Source: Cyanophora paradoxa CCMP329
Lineage: Eukaryota; Plantae; Glaucophyta
Length of the DNA stretch: 64,000 nt
Assembly: GCA_004431415.1 (NCBI GenBank)
Contig: QPMI01000701.1
Coordinates: 1 to 64,000 of the forward strand
Direction of reading: 5' to 3'
Part shown: one piece after another, positions 24,063 to 35,400 of the stretch
How the letters are laid out: every line of letters starts with the position of its first letter
Numbering within the stretch: position 1 is the stretch's first letter
Translations under genes and position numbers: made by a program
Notes under the pieces: model-generated
Seen by the model: the letters and a program-made list of their open reading frames with translations, nothing else
Databases searched by the model: none
What the model was told of the DNA's origin: nothing

Positions 24063-26428
24063 TCAGGCGGCGGCCTCGCGGCGGGCGTCGCGGAGGAGGG
24101 CGCAGGCGGCGGCGAGGGAGGGGGACGCGGGCTGCACCAGCGCCAGGCCCCGCGCCGCCTCCTCCAGCGGCCCCACCGCCCCCGCCGCCTCCCCCGCGTT
24201 CCACCGCAGCTTCCCCAGCATGAACAGCTGCAGCAGCAGCAGCGGGTGCAGCGCCGGGTACAGCTCTGCCGTGTCGAGGTCTTAGGGGGTGCAGCGCGGG
24301 GTAGGGAGCGGGGGGTGGGGGTAAAGCGCGGGGAGGGGGAGGGGTAAGCGGCTGAAAGACCTCGGTAGGCGTCGACGGTGCGGGCGCAGTGGTGCGCGGC
24401 CGCGCGCCAGTCGCCGGCGTCGATGCAGAGCTGCCGGCGGGGGCGCCTCGGATAGATGCGATGCAACGGTCGCGCAATCCTAGGGGCGGGGGGCGGGCCT
24501 GCATGAGGGCGGCGTGGGAGGACCAGCGGTCGACGTCGCACGGGTCGAGCCCCGCCGCCTCCGCCCCCCGCACCGCCGCCTCCAGCCCCGCCCGAGCCGC
24601 CCCTCGTGCCCCCCGCCCCGTCAAGGAGCCGCCGCCGCGCAGCGCGCGCGCAGAGCAGCTCAGAGGCGGAGGCGGCGGGGGTAAAGGATATTCTCCTCCG
24701 CGGAGACCCCCGGCCTGGCGAGGGCGTCGGCCCGCTTGCGCGCCGCCTCGACCGCCGCCCGCGCCCTGGCCACGGCCTACCCCCGGGCGGGGTTGGCGGG
24801 GCCGGGGCGGGGCGGGGCCGGGGGCGGGGCGGGGGCGCCTCGGGGCCTCGGCGGAGCGCTCGGCGGAGACGAGGCGCCCGTCGGCGGCCCCCGCCTGCGC
24901 CCGCCCCGCCCCGCCCCGCCCCCGTCAGCCGCCCCAGGCCGGCGGCGGCGGGGCGCAGAGGCCAGCGCGGCGGGGCGCACGGGGTCGGCGGCGCAGCGCG
25001 GGCAGGCGCAGTCGAAGTGGTAGCGCGCGCGCAGGTCGGCCCGCCGCCGCTCCCGCGGCAGGCCGGCGTCGACGTACGAGTGCGTGAGCTGCGGCGGGGG
25101 CGCGGATCGGAGGCGGGCGGGGAGTCGGGGGGGGGAGGGGGGGGGGGGGGGAGGGGGGGGGGGCTGGGGACCTCGGCGCCCGCGGGGAGGTCCCTGAGGG
25201 CGCGGACGAGCTGGCGGCGGCCCTCGTAGAGCACCGCGCAGCTCGGCTCGCAGCTGCCCCCGGCCCCCGCCCGCCCCTCTCAGCGCCCCCCCGCACCGCA
25301 CCCGCCGCCCGGGGGCGCTCGGAGGGGGCGGGCCTGTGGTTCAGGAGGGCGCCGGCGGGGAAGACAGCGGCGCCGACGGGGAAGAGCTGGTCGTCCTGCA
25401 CCGTGAAGTTGTTGCCCCCGAACTGCGCGAGCGCCCCCCGGCGAGGCCGAGGCCCGGCGCCGGCTTTCAGCCGCCGGCGGGCGGGAGGAGGCGAGGCGGG
25501 CCGCACGATGCAGAGGAGCTCGACGGGGTCCACGCCCGGCGCCCCCGCGCCCCGAGCAGCGCCGCCGCCTCCTCCGCCGCCGCCCCGTGCCTGCCCCGCC
25601 CCGCCCCCGCCCCTCTTCAGCGCTTCGACGCGGACGCCGGCCCAGGCCGGCGCGGAGCCGGGGGCGCACCTCGCGAGCGCCTCGGAGCCCTGTTGCTCCC
25701 GATCTGCGCGGAGGGGACGCGCGCCGGCGCTCCGTCAGGGGGACGGCGGCGGCGGAGGCGCGCGCGGGGAGGGCGGGGGGCGGGCGCGAGGGCGGACGGG
25801 AAGGGAGAGCGATGAGGGATTCGAAAGAGTCCCACGCAGAGGCTGCCGGCTGCGCGGCACGCACGCGTCAGCCGAGGCCCTGCAGCTGAGCTCGCCAAGC
25901 CCGCGCTGCCACGCATCCGGCGCGCCGCGCTGGAGGAGGGTGCGGGAAGGGAACACACGCACCGCGCCCGCCAGCTCGCGTAATCGCCGCCGGATGGTGC
26001 GGGCGAGGAGGACGGCCTCGGGCGAGGGCGGCGGTTTCCTCGCCGCGATCGCCGAGCACTCAGGCTTGTGCTCCGCCCAATGCTTCCGCTGGTCGAATAT
26101 ATCATCCATCAAATACTACACTCCGAGAAATTCGTACCTGACAGTCGCGCGAGCAGTACCACACAAACTTGCAGGCGCTTATCGGGCGCGCGTACGCATT
26201 AGGCGCGCGTGCGGGCGGCTGAAGCGCACGCGCGCGCTCGAACCTGCACTGAAGGTCGCACTCGCCGCGGAGGCAAGTGCTGCACACTTTAGGCGCCGGC
26301 AGATCGGCGTACGGCATTGTCGAGAACACTAGGTCGCCAGCGCGAAGCGCTCGCCGAGCAACCACCGCGCGCCCTTTGTCGTTGTGCACGACGGACGCGC
26401 TGTCCGATAGGGGGCCGGGGGCAGCCAT
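24063..26428 (-). CDS. SET and MYND domain lysine methyltransferase (SMYD family)
   Basis: KGRAVVARRALRAGDLVF; MYND finger CSTC..C..CKFVWYCSRDCQ..HW..HKPEC; ALLNH|SCEPSC; SYVD; YHFDCACPRC; TPR-like tail. Confidence 0.92.
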
Positions 26429-26563
26429 AAGCTCGCCCGCCTGACGCCCAATGAGCTCAGGCCAGCAGATGCGGGGGGATACCCTCGCGCAGCTGCAGTC
26501 CTCCATACGAGTGCAGCGCGGATCCCGGAGCGGTTGCTGATTCTACAACATTCGTCAGAAGCG

Positions 26564-28004
26564 ATGCGCTGGGGCGTAGTGCTGGTCCTGGGCGCTGCAG
26601 CGGCCGGCCTGGCCGTGTACGCCGCCCGCCGGCCTGGCCGTGTACGCCGCCCGCAAGCCCGTAGCAAGCGCAGGGCGAAGAAGCAGCCACTTGCGCGCCC
26701 GATCGACCGCCTGGTGGCGCTGCAACCGCCGCCGCCGTCTAACATAGACGAGGACGCCGCATCACTCCCGGCGCCGACGCGTACGGCAGAAGAAAGAAGC
26801 GCCCTCACTCAACGGCCGACCGAAGAATTCGACAGCCCGACGAGCGAGGGCGAGGATGGATCCGCGTGGGGTTCCGACGACGAGCGCATGTACGGCACGC
26901 CACAGACCGGGCCGCCGAAGCCCACCGCCCTCGGCCTCCCGGCCGAGCTGTGGTGCGCATCCCCGACCGATCCCTCGCCCCTGCTGGAGCCGACTCCGGG
27001 CCCCCATTGTCCCGCAGGTTCAAGATTCTGGAGGGCCTGGACGCGAGGTCGGCGGTGCGGGTGCGGCTCGTGTCGAGGCAGCTGAGCGAGCTCTTCGCGC
27101 CGCCGGAGGGCTCGCTCTCCGGGCTGGCGCCCCGCGACTGGGCGGCGCTCTTCGGGGCGGTGGAGGCGGTGCCGGGGCCCGTGTGGGAGGCGAAGGCCGC
27201 CGACATGCTGAACGAGATCTACGAGAGCGACGAGAACGACGAGGGCCTCGGGCGCCTCGCCGTCGAGCTGCGCCAGGCGCCCAGCCGCCAGGCGCGCCCC
27301 CGCTTCCTAAACGCCTTCCTGGCGAGCGTGTACGGGCGCTGCAAGCCCTGGTGCGCCCGGCGAGGGCAGCGGCCGCGCTCCCCGCGGGGCGCCCTCGTGA
27401 CGGGGGCCGGGGCGCGGGGCGGGCGGGCAGGTTCGCGTTCGCGTGCCTGCAGCACGTGGACCCCGGGCTGCCCTCGGAGGCGCGCTTCGGGGCCTGGCTC
27501 CTCGCCGTCTACCAGGAGCTCCTCGTCCGCCGCCAGCTCGACCTCCGCACCCCCCGCGTCGAGCTCGCCATCGACGTCCGCCCCCGCGCCCCCCGCAAGC
27601 CGCCCCCCCACAGCCTGCCGCCCGCCCTCTGCCCCGCCCCTGACCGCGGGGCGGGGCGTGGCGGGGCAGCCGCGGCTCTGGTGGGGGGCGAGCTTCGTCA
27701 GCAAGGCGCGGCGGGGCCGGCTGGCGCTGACGGACCCGCTCTGGTGGGACTGGCCGGCCTGCCCCGAGGCCATCGTGGAGCAGTCCGTGCGCGCCCTCGA
27801 GCTCTGCCGCGACGAGTACGCCGCTGCTTCCCCGCCCCTCCCGGTGCGCCCCCCCGCCCCGCCCCGAGCCCAAGGCGCCGGCCGACGCCGCGGCAGGTGT
27901 GGGTCGTCATCCGGAGCCGCTGCGAGGCGACGCCGCCGGAGGAGTTCGTGGCGCCCCTCGTGCGCGCCCTCAAGGCCCGCGCCTTCCCCGTCCTCGTCGA
28001 GTAG
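26564..28004 (+). CDS. F-box protein with N-terminal membrane anchor
   Basis: MRWGVVLVLGAAAAGLAVYAARR followed by a basic run. F-box LGLPAELW|FKILEGLDARSAVRVRLVSRQL. Confidence 0.7.
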
Positions 28005-28084
28005 ACCGAGCCCTAGCCCCGCCCCGCCTCTCCCCGCGGTGTCCGCTCTCCTCTTCCTCTCCTCCGATTCGGTGCATGTGAGAT

Positions 28085-29589
28085 TTACACGGCGGCGCGG
28101 GCGCTGCCGGCGGTGGTGGGGCGGGAAGCGCGGTGCCCCGCGCTGCCGGCGCTGCCGACGCGGCCGGCGACGTACTGGAGGTAGGGCTCGGCGCCCGGCG
28201 CCGGGCCCACCGCCCCCGCGCTCGAGATCGACGCCGCGCTCAGCGGCCGCACGATCGGCATCGTCACCTGAACCGGCGGCAGCGTCGCGGCGGCCGCCCG
28301 CGGCGGCGTCGAGGCCCGCGGCGGGGAGGATGCCCGCGGGGGAGGGCGGCGGCGGCCGGGGCGGGTGCGGGTGCGGGTGCGGGGGCAGGTGCAGGTGCGG
28401 AGGGAGGGGCGGGAGGGCGGCGGGGGCGTGGCAGGGGCTGGGGTAAAGGGCGGGGGCAGGGGGAAGTGGTCGAAGGGGTCGAGGGAGGCGGAGGGGCGGA
28501 GGGCGGGGCGCGGGGGGCGAGAGGTCGGAGGAGGAGGGGCCGCGGGCGAAGCGCAGCTCCTGCGGGGCTGACGCGGAGCGCGCCAGCTCCTGCGCCTCCC
28601 GCGCCGGGCTCCCCGCGCTGGACGCCGCGCCCGAGCCCGGGCCGGGGGCCGGGGGCGGGGCCTCCCAGGTCTTGAGCGGGGTGAGCTTCCAGCCGGTCAT
28701 CCCGGCGTGGGCGATGTAGGGGATCTCGCTGTCGGGGAACATCTCGCTCATCGGGGTCGCCAGGGCGGCCCCGCCCGGCGCGATGCCCCGCCGCCGCGGC
28801 TTGTTGCTCTTCACCGTCGGCAGCGCCTTCACGTGCATGTACCCGTGGATGATCCACACGTTCCGCTCCTCGTCCCGCGGCGTCAGGTTCCGGTTCGAGC
28901 GCGGGTCTGCCCACGCGCCCCGGCCCCGCTCAGCTCGGGGCGGCGCGCCGGGGGCGGGGGGAAGGGGCGGGGACCGTCGATCCAGCCGCTGCGGAGGGTG
29001 CGGCCGTAGGCAGTGCTTCCGACGGAGAGGGGGCGGCCGTCGGGCCCGCGCGCCTGCCGCTCGTGCAGCGAGCCCTTCGACGTCGACGCCCGCGTCAGCT
29101 GCGCGGCCACGTCCACTGCGCCCCGCACGTGAGGCGGCGCCGGCCGAGGCGCCGCGGGCCCGGCGCGCGGGCGGGGCGGGGCGCACGGGGCATGCTGCTG
29201 CCGGCGAGCCGCTTGGGCACCTCGACGCTCGGGACGTGGCGCCGGCGCGAGAGGATGCCGAGATCCCCGTGCGTCACGCCGAAGTACTTCACCGCGTACG
29301 AGGGCTCCCGCTGCGGCGACTGCGCCCGCGCGGGGCTCGCCGCCTGCGTCCCGCCGAACTGACTCCGCGCGCCCGTCCTGCTGCTCTCGTCCAGCGTGCG
29401 CTCGTGCAGGCTGGAGGTGCTCGCCGCATGACCCGTCACGTCGAGGCCCTGCGCCTTGCCCGAGCCCCGCGATGCGCCGCGGCCGCGTAAGGGCCCGGAA
29501 GCGGTCCCCCAGCTATCGTGCTTCTGCGGCGCTCGGCGATCAGACTCTGGAAACGGCATTCTCTGCTCTACTCGTGCGCGCTGTCCCAT
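28085..29589 (-). CDS. Hypothetical protein
   Basis: Coding-like exons (YAVKYFGVTHGDLGILSRR, NVWIIHGYMHVKALPTVK, IPYIAHAGMTGWKLTPLKTW) flanked by typical introns. No domain recognised. Confidence 0.5.
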
Positions 29590-29919
29590 AGCTCAGCTAA
29601 CTTGATGTGCAGCGTAAAATAGAATAGGTTGCGAAGCCGGCGGTTGTTTGGTCAAGAGGCAGCAATGGGGCTCTCTGACAAGCATATGGAGGGCGAGAAC
29701 TGGTCCTGGCGCGGCATAGATGGAGAGAGCGCCGCCGGGATGCGTGCCGCCCAAACGACCACCAAGCAGCTGCTGGGTCCGAAGCAGCTATCTGTCTAGA
29801 AGATGGAGGATGCGTACAGCCGTAATAGATGCTAGCTACGCCCCAGCAGCGCGCGGACCTTCATTTTGTTGTGAGACTGTACCCCGCAGGCGAGACTCAA
29901 AAGCTCAACACCAGCCAGG

Positions 29920-31753
29920 ATGGCCTCGTTCGTGAGCAGCACAGGTTCGTCACGTCGTAACAACACTTTGGGCGGTGTTGCACGCCCGTGCCAGAGTTGA
30001 TTGGTTTGGCGCCAGGCTCGCTTCCGGCTTCTGCTAGCCGGCCGGTCGTTGCCTCGGCTTCTTGCACTCCGGCTGGACGCACGGCTGTCGGGCTGGCCAA
30101 GCGCTCCGCCTTCACTGGTTCCCGCGTACATGCCAGTGGCTCGGCCAGCTTTATCGCCCGCCCCGTTCGCTCGACAGTCGCCTCTCCGGCCGTCCGTCGC
30201 TCTTTTGATGTGACGGAAAGCTCGCCGCTGGTCCTCGCCTCGGCCGGTGAGTCGAGTGCGCGCGCGCGTAACGCTGGGCCGCCGCGACTCAACGGTCCCC
30301 TCCCTGCGCCGGGCGGGCCGCCGCAGACGGAAAATCGATCGTCATCGCGGGCGGTGGCACTGGCGGGCACGTGCTGCCGGCGCTGGCCATGGCGGACGCG
30401 TTCAAGAAGGCGCTGGGCCCGTCGACGGAGATCCTCTTCGTGGGGACGGAGCGCGGCATCGAGAAGACGCTCGTGCCGAAGCGGAACTACGAGATCGAGC
30501 TCATCCCGGGCGCCCCGATCGTCACCGGCGGCTCCATCTTCACCCGCCTCGCCAAGCTCTTCGCCGGCCTCTTCGCCCTCGTGCCCGCCCCGCGTCCCGC
30601 CCGCCCTCCGCCGAGCCCAGCCGGGGCCGCGCAGATCGCGGGGGTGATCGCGGCGTACAAGCTGCTGAAGAAGCGGAAGCCGAACCTGGTGCTGGGCGTC
30701 GGGGGCTACGCCTCGGCGGCGGCGGTGATCGCGGCGAAGATCCTGGGCATCCGCACGGCCCTGCACGAGTCGAACGCGGTGCCGGGCCTCACGAACAAGC
30801 TCCTCGGCTCCGCCGTCGACCGCGTCTACGTCGGCTTCGACGCCGCAAAGGGCGCCTTCCCCGCCGCCAAGACCGTCGTCACGGGCAACCCCGTGCGGCC
30901 CGAGATCGCCGCCACGTGGGAGGTCCGGCGCAAGGCCATGGAGGAGCAGGGCGCCAAGGCGCGGCTCCCGGCGCACGTGCTGGTGGTGGGGGGCTCGCAG
31001 GGGAGCCAGTTCCTGAATGAGCGCGTCCCCGCCCTCGTCGAGAAGGTCAAGCTCGGCATCCGCTACCGCGCCGCCCGCCGCGGCCACCTCCTCCCCGTCC
31101 GCCCCGCCCCCCCGCCCCCGCCACCGCGCCCCGCCGACGGAGCGGGGCGGGCAGGACCCGATCGTGAAGGTGCTGCACCAGGCCGGCCGGCGCGAGGGCG
31201 AGGCCGCCGCCACCGCCGCCGCCTACGCCGCCATCCCCTCCGGGCCCGCCCCGCCCCCGCCCGCCGCTCCCTCGCGCCCCCCCCGCCGGGCTGAGGGGGC
31301 GGGGCAGGGTGGAGGCGGAGGTGCGGGAGTTCGTGGACGACATGGACGCGAAGTACACGTGGGCGGACGTCGTCGTCTCCCGCTCGGGCGCCTCGACCAT
31401 CTCCGAGCTCGCCGCCGCCGGCGTCCCCTCCTTCCTCGTCCCCTACCCCGCCGCCGCCGGCGACCACCAGGCCCTCAACGCCGCCTGGCTCTCCGACAAG
31501 GGCGCCGCCTCCTGGATGCGCCAGGGCTCCTGGGACGACGACGAGGCCGCCGAGCGGTGCCCCCCCCGCCCCCGCGCCGCCCCGCCCCGCCCGGGCTGAG
31601 GTGCGGGGCGCGGGGCAGGCTGGTGGAGATGCTGTACGGGAGCGCGGGGACGCGGGAGAAGCTGGTGGCGGTGGCGGAGGCGGCGCACGCGGTGGCGCAC
31701 GAGGACGGCGCCGCCGCCGTCGTCCGCGACGCCGCCGCCCTCCTCGCCCCTGA
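29920..31753 (+). CDS. murG: Undecaprenyl-PP-MurNAc-pentapeptide N-acetylglucosaminyltransferase, plastid-targeted
   Basis: Transit peptide MASFVSST|ELIGLA... Motifs IAGGGTGGHVLPA, GVGGYAS, HESNAVPGLTN, TGNPVR, GGSQGS, SRSGASTISE, LVPYP and DHQALNA. The TGA at about 31751 needs a 1-nt homopolymer correction; otherwise the frame runs on to 32285. Confidence 0.96.
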
Positions 31754-32430
31754 GCCCGCCCCCGCGCCCCCTCCGACGTCCATCCCCGCCCCCCGCCGCG
31801 CGCCCCTGGACCTCGCGCCCGCGCTCTCCCCGGGGCGGTTGCTTTTTGCTCACACGCATAATTGTTTGGCCCGCTCTTTCGAATTCTTTTGCAAATTCAT
31901 TTCCTTCAATTTTAGATTCTTTCCATGGAGCCTCGGAGGCCTGCAGCCTGCAGCTGCGGGTGCTGCCTGCATGCGCAGTGCCAGCAGCAGTGGGCCTGCA
32001 TGCGCAGTGCCAGCAGCAGTGGGTGCCAGCAGCCGCAGTGCCTGCAGTACCGCGCGCATGAGAGCTAGATCGCATGCGGCGCCGGGGGTGAATGCGAACT
32101 TTGCGAATTCGAAGCTCCGCAATTTCTTATCCATGGCCGGCCGGGGGTACAGACTCCTGGGGAAGGGAAGGGCGGCAGCGGCCCATCATCCAGGCTGCAG
32201 CAGCAGCCGGACACGGAGAACGACGCAGCTGCAGGGATCATCAGTCGACTGGGCCGCGTCACATTCGATATTGACGCATTGTTAGCTAGGACGGCCCGGC
32301 GCGTCACATTCGGAAACGGCGTCGCCTGCATGTTCCGAGACGTTTTTGACAGCTTGTACGCGTAATCGATCGAGCTGGTAGTCAGGCAGCAGCGTACGCG
32401 TCGCCGTGCATAAGAATTAGCGTCTCGGCC

Positions 32431-35400
32431 ATGGTGATCTTCGGCGACCACGCTGAGGAGCAATATGGGCATTGCTTGCCCATGGAAGGGCACATCAAAA
32501 CCTTCCTCAGTGCGTCCTACGGTCTCCGCCTTATCTTCGGTCAAGCTTGCGAACGAACCGGCCCTTTTAACGACTCTTAGTCGCGCTCCCCGCTTCCTCG
32601 CGCCAACTGGTCCCCCGCTCTGTCCGTCTGATCGGTTTGTGCAGTCTGGTCGGATCTTGTCATCGCGATCAGCTACGCGTGGATCCCTGTGATGCTGGCC
32701 CTCTTCCTCCGCAAGCGCTGGATCGACTTGTGCGGGCCGCCCCCTCGCCGGCGCCGCGCCGTGCCGAGGCGGCTCGCGCAGCCACCTGCGGACGCGCAGC
32801 ATCATCGCGCTCTTCGTGGCCTTCATCATGGCCTGCGGCTCCACGCACCTCGTCTCGGTCTTCATCGTGCGCGCCCCGCCGCCCCGCCCTGCTGCCAGGG
32901 GAAGAAGGGCGACGGGGGCGGGGCGGGGCGGCGGCGGCAGATGACGCACGGGCAGACGGCGGATATAATGCGGCTCTCGGCGGCGCTCAAGTTCATCACG
33001 GCCGTCGTGAGCGCGGCCACGGCGGCCTTGATGTTCTGGGTGCGCCTCGCTCTCCACCCGCCCTCCCGCCCCCGGCCGGCCCGTGACGCCCCCCGAGGTG
33101 ATGCCGGCCGTGCTGCACATCCCAATCGAGCTCGAGCGCGAGAAGGTGCGAGCCGCGCCGCCCGCCTCGGGGGCCCGGCCTCCCGCCGCCTCGAGCGGGG
33201 GCGGCAGCTGCACCGGGCGGAGCTGGAGCGGGAGATCACGAGCCGGCGGGCGGCGGAGGGGGCGCTGCAGAAGCAGGTGAAGCACGCGGCGGTGCTGCGG
33301 CACATCACCGACGGCGTCCGCTCCTCCCTCGACGCCTCCCGCATCTTCGACGTCGCCGCCACCGAGGCCCGCCCCCTCTCCCGCCCCGCCCCCCCTCCCC
33401 GCCCCTGCTCTTGACCCGCCGGGCAGATCGGGCGGGCCTTCGGGGCGGACATGTGCGCCATCTGGGTCTGCGGCGGGGCGGCCGGGGTGGACCCCGAGGC
33501 GGGGGGGACCCCCGCCCCCACGCCGCCCTCGTCGGCCGCCGCCCTCGGGGCGGCCCCGGCGCGCGCTCCGGGGCCACCCCTCCGCTGCGTCGCCGTCTTC
33601 AACGGCACCGTCACCCGCCCCGGCACGCCCTCTGACGGCCCCAGCGCCGCCCGCCGCTCCTACACCGCCCGCCCTTCGTCCCCCGCCCCGCCTCCGTCCC
33701 CTCTCTCCTCTCCGCCGGGACCCCGGCCGGCGCCCGGAGCCTCAGCATCTCGGCGGCGGCGAACCGGCTGGCGGCGGGGCTGCGCGTGGAGGCGGCAGGC
33801 CCGCCCGGCGGCATCGGCCTCTCCGAGGGCGGCTTCCGGCGCGTGGGCGCCCTCCGCGGCTACGCGCCCCTGGCGAGCGGCGAGGAGGAGGCCGGGGCCG
33901 GCCCCGCGCCGCTGAACGCGGGGGCGGCGGGGGAGGTGGAGGGGGCGGGGGGTCGACGCGGAGCGGGTCGGGGTGGGTGGAGGAGAGGGAGGGTGCGGGG
34001 GAGGCGGCGGGCCCGCGGCTGCTGCTGCCGGGGGCCCGCGTCGAGGAGTTCCCCTCATCCGCCGCGCCCTCGCCTCGGACGCCATCCTCCAGGCCCGCCC
34101 CCCGCGCCCCCCGCCCCGCCCCGCCCCGCCCACCCCCCGCCCCCGCCCCGCAGGTGCCCGACGTGCGGCAGGACCCCGACCACGCCTGCTACGCCTTCTT
34201 CGAGGTCCCCGCCCCCGCGCCTCCCTGCCCCCCGGCCCCCCTGGAGCGGGCGGGGCGTGGCGCAGGAGATGCGGGCGGGGAGCGCGTTCGTGGTGCGGAC
34301 GAGCTTCGCGGGGGAGGCGAACGGGGTGATCTTCCTGGCGCGCCGCGGGCCCTCGCCGCGCCTCGCCGGCGACGAGGCCGAGCTCCTCGCCGCCGTCGCC
34401 AAGCAGGTCGGCATCGCCTCGAGCAGGGTGCGCCCCCGCCCCGCCGCCCCCCGCGCCGCCGGCCTCGGCGCGCCGCCGGGGCCGACGGGGGCGGGGCGCA
34501 GCGCGGATGCTGGCGAAGGAGCGGCGGGTGAACGCGGCGCTGGAGCGCGCCCGGGCCGCCGCCGAGGAGGTGCCGCCCCCCGCCCCCGCCCCTCACTCAC
34601 TTTCATTGAGATCCTTCAACTCTATGCTCAATTTCTGCAGACAAACAGCGCCAAGTCCCGCTTCATCGGTCCGCCTGCCCCCCGCCCCGCCGCCCCGGCC
34701 CCCTCCCTCCCACCCCGCCGCCCCTCACGCGAGCCGGCGCCCCCGCGGGGAAAAAAAAGCTTCAATGTCGCACGAGATCAGGACGCCGCTGAACGCGGTG
34801 ATCGGGTTCACGTCGGTGCTGCTGCAGTACGGCGAGTCCGGCAGCGCCGCCTACCGCCTCAGCCCCGAGCAGGCCGACATGCTCGAGACGTCCGCCCCGC
34901 CCCGCCCCGCCCTGCCCCGCCCCACGCGCCAGGCCCGCAGGGGGCTGAGTGGGCGGGCGGCAGGATCCGGAGCTCGGGGGAGACGCTCCTGACGGTCATC
35001 AACGGTGCGCACGCCGGCCCCGCCCCTGCTCTCCTCGCTAACTGCGACCGCAGACATCCTGGTCCGCACGCCGGCGGGGGGGCGGGGCCGGGGCCCTCGT
35101 CCCCGCGGGCGTGCTCAGGAGGGGCCTGGGCGGGGCGCAGGACTTCTCGAAGCTGGAGGCGCGGCGGGTGGAGTTCGAGGAGCGCGCCTTCTCCCTCCCC
35201 ACCATCATCGAGGAGTGCCTCGAGATCATCGTGCGCACAGCCGCCCGCCCCCTGCGCGATGGCGCCCGCGTAGCCTCGCCGCTGCGTTGGGCGGCGGGGC
35301 GGGGGCCTCACGGGCGGGGGCCTGGGCAGGCGACGGAGGCGGGGCGGAAGGGCCTCTCGCTGGCGTGGGCGGTGGAGGAGGAGGTGCCGGCGCTGGTGGT

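Noticed and set aside
14521-31753. Bacterial contig or contamination suggested by murC, murG and the histidine kinase
   Set aside because: All carry spliceosomal introns, the mur genes have transit peptides, and they are interleaved with F-box, SMYD and chromodomain genes.
31965-32023. Tandem duplication of about 29 bp downstream of murG
   Set aside because: Simple slippage in palindrome-rich spacer DNA, with no sign of function.
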